Positions 12,141 through 24,000 of a stretch of 64,000 bases of DNA are shown here, in pieces. The stretch spans positions 91,140,001 through 91,204,000 of the forward strand of contig OZ024746.1 of NCBI GenBank assembly GCA_964016885.1. Direction: 5' to 3'. The stretch comes from Eledone cirrhosa (lineage: Eukaryota). Numbering within the stretch: position 1 is the stretch's first letter; each line of letters starts with the position of its first letter. The translations under genes and the position numbers were made by a program. The notes beneath the pieces were generated by a model. That model ran no database searches, had not been told where the DNA came from, and saw only the letters and a program-made list of their open reading frames with translations.

Positions 12141-12916
12141 TTTCATGTAGGACTGTGGAAATTATGGTAAATGAAAGCACACTGTTCTTGATCAAATTTT
12201 AGGGATAAATTAGTCATTGCTTAAGTTATTGCTTGGATGTTGACTAAGAAAGATACATTTTCACAGTTACAAAAAAGTTCATTAAATTTACATTTCATTA
12301 AATTAGATAAACAATTTAACATCATAAGATATAAGCAACCGACGCCAAGGTTAACTTTGCCCTTCATCCTAACGGGGTCGATAAAATAAAGTACCAGTAA
12401 TACACTGGGTAATTGCTGGCCTTGTGCCAAAAGTAGAAACAATTATTTTCTTTAGCTCTCAACATATATACCTTTGTTTATATCATTTGAAAGCAGCCGA
12501 TAGCTACTTCTTTTTCTGTCGTTTAGGTTCTTCATCCTATTTTATAAGCTATTTCAAAGCATCTCTGCACATGAGCACACCACATCTTAATGTAAGATAA
12601 TTATATATCTTAAGTATGGCCATTTGGTATCTGATAAGATAATTAGACTCATACCAATGATTCTCTTCTGAATATCGAGCATCACTTGGTATCAATACCT
12701 CCCAGATGGACATCAATAAGATAGTTAATGTCGATAATGCCTTCCTTCTAACATAAAACCTTCAATGTTTTTGAATAAAACACCCGAAAGAGTTAAATCT
12801 GTATCTTTCTTAGTCAACATCCAAGCAATAACTTAATCAATGACTAATTTATCCCTAAAATTTGATCAAGAACAGCATGCTTTCATTTACCATAATTTCC
12901 ACAGTCCTACATGAAA
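12141..12916. repeat. Inverted repeat, 117-bp arms, about 540-bp spacer
   Basis: 12141-12257 versus 12800-12916, three mismatches seen. Confidence 0.9.
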
Positions 12917-14672
12917 GAATTATTAATTAACCCTTTACCATTTACATTACTCTATATATACTATAGTAACCCTTTACCTGGTTTAAGACAGACTTTAGAC
13001 TTTTAGATAGATATTATAGTAACCCATTACTCTATATTTATTATATTTTCATGGTAAAGGCTTTACTTAACTATCTCACATGATATTGTACCTATGAGAT
13101 TTTGATGTTATTTATTTTGAGAACAATATCTTAACATCAGTATGAGTGGCCAATTACAGTCAGTTTGAACAGAAAGACGAGGGAATTCTGGCCGGATATG
13201 GCTGGTTTAAAGAAATAGAACATAACAGTATAAACATTTTAAACATGTATATATTTTCAGCTTTATCAATTAATATGTAGGACAACAGGTTGTGATAAAT
13301 ACATTCAGGCTTTGTTGTTTTTTAATAAATTTTCTGACTCAAGAAATATTTGCTTGATTTTGAATTCAGTGATTTTGTCAGAAATGTTAAGATTGTTGAG
13401 TTAATCCCTTTGGTAATAAACCATCAGGATCTGACCCTGGTTTTATAATACAACACTGTTTGTTTTAAAGTGTTTATATTTATCTAAAAGCCTTCCATCA
13501 ACATTTTACATAAAAACCTTTGTTGAGCTATGATCCAAACACCAGCTTAATAATGAGAACACTAATTATATTATTAAATTCCTCCAAATTTTTAATTATT
13601 TTCAAAATGTTAGGCAGTGTGTTTCATATGAAATATGGTAACAAAAGGGTTAAATGCATTGCAATATTTAACAGTGAGTTCAAAATCTACTGAAGTAAAT
13701 TTTGCTTGGATGTTCTGAGCCAAAAAACTTGCCCAAGATATCTCTTTTGGTTTCCTATGAGAATTATGAAATAAATATTAGTAATGCACTGAATCACATT
13801 TGCCTGTTAAAATTAGCTTTGTACCTAGTTAACCCTTTTGATACAGAACTGCTCTTGTTTCTATGATACAAAACTGTTTAATCTTCTTGGAACTGTCAGC
13901 GACATAAGTCATCGATAAAGTAATCCCCCCTTAATGTCAAGGGAAGCAATTCATAAAAACATTCAGCCTCCTAAAATTTAAAGTGTTTATATTTATCTAA
14001 AGCCCTTTCATATTAATTATATGTAAGAGTTAAATTATCTTCCAAATAGCAGCTTGATAATGAGATCATCATCACCACCACCACCACTGTCATCATCACC
14101 ACCACCACCACCACCACCACCACCGTCATCATCATCATCATTTCATATCCTATTTTCCATGCTTCCATATTAGTAAGTAATTCCCCCCAAATTCTTATTT
14201 TCAAAATAATTCAAAAGACCAATCAGTGTCTTTCAACAGAAGCTGGCAATGGAAGAGTTGATACATCGTTACAACAGGAATTACTTGATATATTTTACTT
14301 GAGGTTTTGTTTTAATTCACTTGAAATTTCATATTAGTAAAACAGTTGCTTTAATCCAACATTGAAAACTGAAATTGAAATTTAAAAAAAAACAAGTAAA
14401 AATACAAAAATAAAATGAAATAAAACAAAGACGTAAATTCCAACGAATAAAAATGTTTAATTTGTTTTGTTTTGTTTTTTTTTCTTGATATTTGAATTTC
14501 TATTCATGTTCAAATTTCATTTTATATTTATGTTTAAATGACTCATTAACCAAATCATCATCATCATCATCATCAATAATAATAACGATAATAATGATAA
14601 TAATAATGATAATAATAATAATAATAATAATAATAAAATGTTGTAGTTTGCTTGAAGCATGGTGTATGATAT

Positions 14673-14836
14673 CAGGTAAAATTCCGTTATAACGAATTTT
14701 TCAGTATAACGAATTTTTTTTTTCAATCCCCGGGCCACACACTCGATGTGTTTCGGTTGATCTCGTTATAAAGAATTTTTCATTACAATAAATTTTTTTT
14801 ATACCTCGTGAATTTCGTTATAACGGAATTTCACTG
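14673..14836. mobile_element. Tigger/pogo-like MITE
   Basis: TIRs aaattccgttataacgaa / ttcgttataacggaatttcactg followed by TA. Confidence 0.7.
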
Positions 14837-15083
14837 TATAACGTTGAAAGAGATAGAAGAGCTAAACAATGCAAAATAGACTGTAAGATAAGGTAACAAA
14901 AAGTAAGCTACCTGGTAATCTTTGTTGTTGTTGTTGTTGTTCCTTACACTCTGAAGATGGGAATTGTAAGTCCCAAAATATTAGGACTGAACAAACAACA
15001 ACAAGATTACCAGGTAACTTAGTTTTTCATTACCTTCATCTTACCATCCATTTGGCATTGTCTTCTATCTCTTTCCACATTAT

Positions 15084-15131
<48 letters not shown>

Positions 15132-16169
15132 GTTTAATTCATTGGCCACAAGGGCCGTGTCCTTGCTCTTTTTTTTTTTCTAAATTCAAGGGAGCTATTA
15201 TATAAAGAAGCAGACCCTTATTATAACGATGTCTGTGGTTGATAATGATAGTTGTGTATCTACATCCTTGGTCACAAAGTTGTACAGAAAACAAACGGTG
15301 AGTTCTTACACTAGACATCAGAAATGGTAAGGTTTGGTTAATGGGTGGATGGGAGGGAAGGATGGTTCTTATAACTTAGATATAATAATGCCAGAAGTCA
15401 TAAATGAAGCAGCATATTTCTGTGGCTCTTTAACTCCACTGCGGTAACTTTTATGATGGAGTGCAAAAATGATATATAAGAGAGAGAGGGAGAGAGAAAA
15501 GAGAGAGAGAGAGCAGGAGAGAGAGAAAAGAGAGAGAGTGAGAAGAGAGAGTGAGAGAAAGAGAAGTAACTTTTATGATGAAGTGCAAAATGATATATAT
15601 ATATATGAGAGAGAGAGAGAGAAGAGAGAGAAAAAGGGAGAGAGAGAAGAGAGAGAGAGAGAGATAGAAATAGAAGAGAGAGAGAGAGAGGGAGATTCTT
15701 TTTTTCTCACTGGAATTTGCCAAAGAGACTTAAACATTATGGAACTGGAAACTTTTATAGGAAGATCAGAAAATAAAATTGTAATATAAATATGTTTTTT
15801 TTTTTAGCAGGAACATAAAACCCCAAAAGATGCCATAAATCCAGTCAAATGAAGAATTAACCCAATGGAAGTTTATAACTTTAGTTGAAAAAATTTACAT
15901 AAAATACAAAAAAATTGTGATTAACCACAATTTTTCATTGTATAAATCATTTTATGAATTTCCTCTCTAATTAGTCTTAGAAAGTGATCATCACCATAAT
16001 CGTTGTCATAAATATCATCATCATCATCATTATCAATATCATCATCATCATCATTCTAGTCAATTGTCTTTCTTCATGTTGACATGGTTGGAGATTATTT
16101 ACAATTTAACATTCTTAATTAAATGTTCTGAAGTGAACATATTTTCACATAATAATAATAATAATAATA

Positions 16170-16965
16170 ATGGCCAACAATTTTTTTTTTTTGGGGGGGG
16201 GGGGGAAGGGCCAAATAGATTAAATCAACCCCAGTGTGTTACTGGTACTTTATTTTATCGACCCCGTAAGGATGAAATGCAAAGCTAACCTCAGCAGGAT
16301 TTGAATAATAATAATAATAATAATAATAAAGGGACTGCCTGATAAACCTCCTCCTAAAAGGTAACATTCCTATGAAGGCCCACAATCTGCAATATATATA
16401 TATAGTCAAGAAGGGTACACGTTGCATTAAACAAAAGATGTGAAGGATAAAAAATAATAATAATAATAATTGTTTCTGATTTACGCACAAGGCCAGCAAT
16501 TTTTTGAAGGGATGGGTAAGTCAATTAAATCAACCCCACCAGTGTATTACTGGTACTTTTATTTTATCGACCTGGTAACGAATAAAGGCAGAGCTAACCT
16601 CAGCGGGATTTGGACGCAGAACATAAAGGGATGTACTTATAAATATTTCTACTTTTGGCACGAGGCCAGCAATTACCCCAGTGCATTACTGGTACTTTAT
16701 TTTATCGACCCCGTAAGGATGAAAGGCAAAGTTAACCTCTATGGGATTTGAACTCAGAACGTAAAGGGCCATAACCCTATGCTGCAAAGCATGGTGTCTG
16801 ATGCTCTACCAATACTGTCAATCCACCGCCTTGGATGTAATAATAATTGTTTCTACTATTGGCACAAGGCCAGCAATTACCCAGTGCATTACTGGTACTT
16901 TATTTTATCGACCTCGTAAGGATGAAAGGCAAAGTTAACTTCGGCGGGATTTAAACTCAGAAATA
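16170..16965 (-). mobile_element. Cluster of about four SINE family 1 copies
   Basis: actggtactttattttatcgacc recurs at about 16241, 16548, 16688 and 16891. Confidence 0.8.
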
Positions 16966-17510
16966 ATAATAACAATAACTCATATTCTTGAATAAAATCA
17001 ATCATTTTTCTATTCTGAAACTAATAATTGAACACTAACTAACAAAAACATAACAGTTTCAAATTAATTTTGAAATCTTTTTGAAAGAAACTGTATTATG
17101 TATTAAGGGGAGGTTACCCTCTTGTCACCAACAGCGATTTAAAGGTTAATGAAGAACTAAAATATCTTAACATTATATAGAATTAATATATAACATGGAG
17201 TGCTCATACTCGGAGATGCTATAAGATGGCTTGTAAAATAGAGTGAAGAGCCTTAAAGAAGGGGACAATGTAAACTTCTTTTTCCTTCTTTATGGATCTT
17301 CACTCTATTTTATAAGCTATCTTATAGCATCTCTGCACATGAGGACACCACATTCTTTATATCAACTTTATTCCCTCAGCACTTCGTAAAAGTCAGAGAA
17401 ATCAGCTTCATATACACAATGATTATATAACCTGTGTGACACAGTCCCTTGCTATATAAAAACAACTGAATATACTTGGAATTCCTTCCCCAAATTGATA
17501 CAATGCTTAA

Positions 17511-17720
17511 CCCTTTAATGTTCAAACTGGCCAAAATTCTCTACCCTTTTCTGTTGAAACTGGCTGTAACTGGTCACTCATACTGATGTTAAGGTATTGT
17601 TTGCAAAATAAATACTTTCAAAATCTCATAGATTCGATATTATGTGAGATAATTATGCGAGTTAAAGCCTTTACCATGAAAATACAATAGTATATATAGA
17701 GTAATGTGAATGCTAAAGGG
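17511..17720. mobile_element. piggyBac-type MITE
   Basis: TTAA|ccctttaatgttca ... tgaatgctaaaggg|TTAA; further copies near 11555, 12930, 24060, 28355 and 37070. Confidence 0.8.
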
Positions 17721-17778
17721 TTAAAACATTTTGATTTCATTTGTTTTTAAATATATGTGCTTTACATTCCATTCTTTT

Positions 17779-19366
17779 TCCCTATTCTTTAGTAATACCA
17801 CATGGATATATACACCCAAGAAATCCCTATTATTTAGTAGTACCACATGGATATATGTACCCAAGAAATCCCTATTATTTAGTAGTACTACATGGATATA
17901 TGTACCCAAGAAATCCCTATTATTTAGTAGTACTACATGGATATATGTACCCAAGAAATCCCTATTATTTAATAGTACCACATGGATATATGTACCCAAG
18001 AAATCCCTATTCTTTAGTAGTACTACATGGATATATGTACCCAAGAAATCCCTATTCTTTAGTAATACCACATGGATATATGTACCCAAGAAATCCCTAT
18101 TCTTTAGTAATACCACATGGATATATGTACCCAAGAAATCCCTATTATTTAGTAGTACCATATGGATATATGTACCCAAGAAATCCCTATTCTTTAGTAA
18201 TACCACATGGATATATGTACCCAAGAAATCCCTATTATTTAGTAGTACCATATGGATATATGTACCCAAGAAATCCCTATTCTTTAGTAGTACCACATGG
18301 ATATATGTACCCAAGAAATCCCTATTCTTTAGTAATACCACATGGATATATGTACCCAAGAAATCCCTATTCTTTAGTAATACCACATGGATATATGTAC
18401 CCAAGAAATCCCTATTCTTTAGTAATACCACATGGATATATGTACCCAAGAAATCCCTATTCTTTAGTAGTACCACATGGATATATGTACCCAAGAAATC
18501 CCTATTCTTTAGTAATACCACATGGATATATGTACCCAAGAAATCCCTATTCTTTAGTAGTACCACATGGATATATGTACCCAAGAAATCCCTATTCTTT
18601 AGTAGTACCATATGGATATATATACCCAAGAAATCCCTATTCTTTAGTAGTACTACATGGATATATGTACCCAAGAAATCCCTATTCTTTAGTAATACCA
18701 CATGGATATATGTACCCAAGAAATCCCTATTCTTTAGTAATACCATATGGATATATGTACCCAAGAAATCCCTATTCTTTAGTAGTACTACATGGATATA
18801 TATACCCAAGAAATCCCTATTCTTTAGTAATACCACATGGATATATGTACCCAAGAAATCCCTATTCTTTAGTAATACCATATGGATATATGTACCCAAG
18901 AAATCCCTATTCTTTAGTAGTACTACATGGATATATATACCCAAGAAATCCCTATTCTTTAGTAGTACCACATGGATATATGTACCCAAGAAATCCCTAT
19001 TCTTTAGTAGTACCACATGGATATATGTACCCAAGAAATCCCTATTATTTAGTAGTACCACATGGATATATATACACCCAAGAAATCCCTATTCTTTAGT
19101 AGTACGACATGGATATATATACCCAAGAAATCCCTATTCTTTAGTAGTGCCACATGGATATATGTACCCAAGAAATCCCTATTCTTTAGTAGTACTACAT
19201 GGATATATATACCCAAGAAATCCCTATTCTTTAGTAGTACCACATGGACATATGTACCCAAGAAATCCCTATTCTTTAGTAGTACCACATGGATATATGT
19301 ACCCAAGAAATCCCTATTCTTTAGTAGTACCACATGGATATATATACACCCAAGAAATCCCTATTA
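17779..19366. repeat. Minisatellite, 45-bp unit, about 35 copies
   Basis: taccacatggatatatgtacccaagaaatccctattctttagtag. Confidence 0.97.
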
Positions 19367-19627
19367 TCATCAGCACTTTAACATCCATTGCCTCCCTCCC
19401 CCTTCTCCATTCAAGCAGGGGTTATTTTGGTTGATGACAAACACTATAATAATTAGTTACTTTTTTGTTAGTTACCAAGTTGATTGTATATTAATAATTG
19501 TTTCTACTTTAGGGACAAGGCCAGATTTTGAAGGAGAGAGGAAAGTCAAGTAAATCAACCCCCAGTAAATTACTGGTACTTTATTTTATTGACCCCGTAA
19601 GGATGAAAGGCAAAGCTAACCTCATAA

Positions 19628-19673
<46 letters not shown>

Positions 19674-19698
19674 TTTTTTTAATAATAATAATAATAAT

Positions 19699-19852
19699 AC
19701 AGAAGGTATGTCTGCTGGGAACAGCAAGGACCCTCCGATATGTCCTGAATATTTGAGGCTGCAGGTAGGGGCGTGATGTTCATTTGGGCAAATTTTCCGG
19801 TTAAATAACATCAATGACTGAGATATCAAAGTAATAATAATAATAATAATAA
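19699..19852 (+). mobile_element. Short 3' fragment of the same R4/Dong element, inside a (TAA)n tract
   Basis: Aligns by eye to 25709-25850; (TAA)n on both sides. Confidence 0.8.
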
Positions 19853-20197
19853 TGGGGGATTAAAGATGAGAGAAATTATTGAGTAATTAAGTAAATTAGA
19901 ATTGATATGTAAGAATGGCTATTGAGCAGTTTGTACCACAGAGAAAGAGAAGGGGTTGTTGGCAGCCATTGCTAGTTTTCAGTAAAATAAAAAGATAAAT
20001 GAAATAAAAACACTAAAATAATTATATTAAAAAAAATAAAAATGAATAAAAAATGAATAAAATGACAATGCTGATGTTTTTGAAACATTAATAATGATAA
20101 AAATATTACAAAGAGATATGAATAATTAATTATAAAAAAAAAGAGAAATCTTAAAACTTTTTTTAAAATAGTGCCAAAGAGATTGATGCATGGAAGA

Positions 20198-20237
<40 letters not shown>

Positions 20238-20309
20238 ATATATATATATACATACATATATATATACATACATATATATATGTATATATATATATATATA
20301 TATGTATGA

Positions 20310-20345
<36 letters not shown>

Positions 20346-20864
20346 CTGTATATACAAATGAGAAGATATATGGAAGATATATATATACAGATATAAACAT
20401 ATATATATCTGTATATATACATATCTGTATATATATATATATACACATACATATATATGTATATATAAGTGTATATGTATGTAAAAATGAGAATGGATGT
20501 TATTTTAGCACCAAAGTCAAAAAGTTTTAAGAAATATAATAACAAATTTAAAATATTTGCATGATACAAGAATTTGAAAAGAAACAACAAAAACCTGCAG
20601 GTCACCTGATACTAACAATTTTCAGTCCATTTTTCAAATTACATGAAACGTTTCTTCATCTGTTCTTTTTATCCTGTACGGCACTTCACTGCACATCTAA
20701 ACTTAGAGCCATTCTGAAGAAAAATTTACTTCTCACGCAACTCTTCATTCAAACACACATGGACTCTCTTACATACATTATATAGATGCCATGCCGTCAC
20801 CTTCCTTTCTTGTCATAAAGGAAGGATGTTAATTTGATTAAAAATTACATGCTTGTATTCAGCA

Positions 20865-21062
20865 TCAGCTAAAATCAATATTATTTGTCTTCGCTGTGTT
20901 AGTTATCTTTTTAGGTAAAGTCAGTAAAACTTTTTGACATTGCTTTTCACCTTTTCCAACTGATGGAGCGGTGTTGTTATCAGTTATGTCCGAATGATCA
21001 CAAGGGATTTGATCCAAGTTATTCAATTTTTCTTCAGTCTGTGGTAACATCAGCAATTGCTC
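20865..21062 (-). CDS. LRP4: LRP4 terminal coding exon: [12 protein letters not shown]...NNIDFS*
   Basis: tttcag acceptor, phase 0, 65 codons then TGA; no homology support beyond phase and open frame. Confidence 0.75.
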   Translation of the reverse strand, partial: EQLLMLPQTEEKLNNLDQIPCDHSDITDNNTAPSVGKGEKQCQKVLLTLPKKITNTAKTNNIDFS

Positions 21063-24000
21063 CTGAAAGATAAATATAACTTTTTCATATATAAAGTTAT
21101 TTTGCTTTTAGTATCAGCAGTCACAATATAGATTAATACATTTTTATAAAGATTAAGTTAGAGTACAGTTATTTTGGCAGTTATGATATATTTTTTATAA
21201 AGATTAAGTTTGAGTACAGTTATTCTGACAGTTATGATATATTTTTATAAAGATTAAGTTAGAGTACAGTTATTTTGGCAGTTATGATATATTTTTATAA
21301 AGATTAAGTTAGAGTACAGTTATTTTGGCAGTTATGATATATTTTTTATAAAGATTAAGTTTGAGTACAGTTGTTTTGACAGTTATGATATATTTTTATA
21401 AAGATTAAGTTAGAGTACAGTTATTTTGACAGTTATGATATATTTTTATAAAGATTAAGTTATGATTAATTTTTATTCTGGCAGTTATGATTATTTTTTA
21501 TTCTGGCAGTTATGATTAATTTTTTATAAAGATTAAGTTAGAGTACAGTTATTCTGGCAGTTATGATATATTTTTTATAAAGATTTAAGTTAGAGTACAG
21601 TTATTCTGGCAGTTATGATATATTTTTATAAAGATTAAGTTAGAGTACAGTTATTCTGGAGTTTTGCCAGAGTGTTCACAGAGTGCAGACTCTCAACTGA
21701 TGGCTCTGTGATCACAGACAAAACTCCCGTGTAATAGTGCTCTGACTTGATATTAATAAAAATAAATAAATTAATGTTATTTTACAGTATCATCATCATC
21801 ATCATCATCATCGTTTAACATCCATCTTCCACGCTTGCATGGGTTTGTGGTGACTTATGTAATCAACTTCTTTTTACATTTTAAACTTTTGTTAATACTT
21901 AGTCAGAAGAAGAAGGACAACATGACCTTTTTAAGGGAGACTAGTGAGAGAAAAAGGGGAAATTATTCTCAGACCTGAGGCTGGGTCTTAAATACTTGGA
22001 ACAAAGTAGACTCTGCTAAAGGCAGGGTCAGGTGGTCGTGTTAAATTGGGTGATAGACTAAGTTTACTATCCAAGACAAATGATCCATCCAATGGGTTTC
22101 CTTGCAGCTTCTACCCACCAAATTTCACTTACAAGGTTTTAGTAAGGCTTTGGCAAAAGACACTTGTAGAATGAGACTGAGCCTGAAACCTTGGCTAGTT
22201 GTTAACTAGCTAGCCAGTCTAAAGTGGAGCTTACACCAGAGTTTGAAAATCTCAACATTGACATGTATATTTATATCATAGGATCTGACATATGTTTATA
22301 CCACAGAATCTGACATATGCATGTTTAGACCACAGGGTCTGATATATGATATACCACAGGTTCTGATATATGTTTATACCACAGCCCTAATTTCATATAT
22401 AAATTCAGTAGATTCATATCGTGAAGGTGCATGGCTTGGTGGTTAGAGAATTGAACTCGCAATCTCATGATTGTGAGTTCAATTGTTAGACTGGGTGATA
22501 TGTTATGTCCTTGAGCAAAACATTTTCCAGGAGTTGCAGCCGGTAAACAATATCAGAAATGGAAACATTGTTTGCTTGGTCCGATCTGAGAAGTTCCACC
22601 CCGTTCTGTAAGCAAATGAGGTCCGGGGTCTTGTCGATCAATTCAATCGAGATTCATATACTCACTTATTACACTGACAAGATACAAAATTCCTATATAG
22701 TCTACCCCCGGCATTCGTGGTCCTCGTTATTCGTGGAATTTTCTGCAGAACCTAACTATTGTTTGTGGAAACCACCGCATATTCGTGGAATTGTAAATAT
22801 CTTCCACAAATTTTTTTATGGCTTTTTTCATAGCAATATATATTTTTAATGCTAAATTATTAATAACAATCTACCGTATTTGCCGGGATATTAGACGCCC
22901 CTTCACATAAAACGCTCCTTCTTTTCTTTAATTATATTTTACATTATATTTTGACGTTTATAGGCATTTTTATGGACCACGTGCAATATTCACGGTTGTG
23001 CTAGGAATGTAACCCTTGTGAATACCGGGAGACTATTTTATAGGAGGAGAGGGAACTTTTGATGTTCATGGCTTTTTCAGTGGTGTTAACTGTGCAAATA
23101 AAATATAACAGTTTCAACTTAACCTTTTCATGGAATTAGTTCACATTCAGATTACATCTTGTTTTATTCACATAAAGAACAAAACATTTGTCTTTCCTTC
23201 ACTTTGTCAACAAGTTACAAATTATGGAAGTATACCTACCTCTGCTCTGTCAAACCGAAACAATCTCCAGGAATTACTATTCCGAGATTGGCGGTCTGTA
23301 TCAATGGTTTCTGTGCTGGTTCTTTGGTAAGAAGGGTTTGTGAAGGTAAGTGTAATAAATTCTGGTGCAGAGCGGCGTTTCTGCCTGTAAAAGATAGAAC
23401 CAAATTATATGGGTGTTTTTCTATAAATTAATATAATTTGGTAAAAATATACTTAAGAACCAAGTAGGTTGTAATAAATATTCAGTTTTATGAATCTTTA
23501 ATAAGATACTTTTACAATTTATTCAATATACAAAATCTCAGAATGTCATGAAAGATCATTGACATTATATAAAAATAACTGAGCAGTATCTAATAAAAAC
23601 AAAATACTACTGAAGGGAGAGGAACAGACACAACACCCCAGTCTGTCAGTACCCCAATCAGACCCCACAAACAAAACGGTAAAAGTGTTACTGTAGAGAA
23701 TGTCCACTGCAGCAGCAACCCACACCTGACAGGGGTTTCTTCATCAAGTGGGACATTGTCTTTCAAACTTTACAGAGGAAATCAGCCATACAAAGGACAG
23801 TGGAGGTCTCGAGACTGGTACTAATATGTTTCATGTGATTAGTAAATAGGCAGTATTATCTTCTTTGACAGAGAACCTCCCTGAATATACCTCAATATAA
23901 AGTGTATTATATGGAATCCCTCGTCTAAAACAGGACAACTACATCTCAATCTGCTACAAATAATATATTTGGGGATTAATTCTTAAAGAAACCAATTCTC

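Noticed and set aside
17721-19553. Long ORFs of 446-567 aa on both strands
   Set aside because: Produced by a 45-bp (multiple of 3) tandem repeat open in several frames at once; no splice or homology support.
19970-20864. LRP4 polyadenylation site
   Set aside because: No convincing minus-strand AATAAA outside repeats close to the stop; the 3' end cannot be placed from sequence alone.
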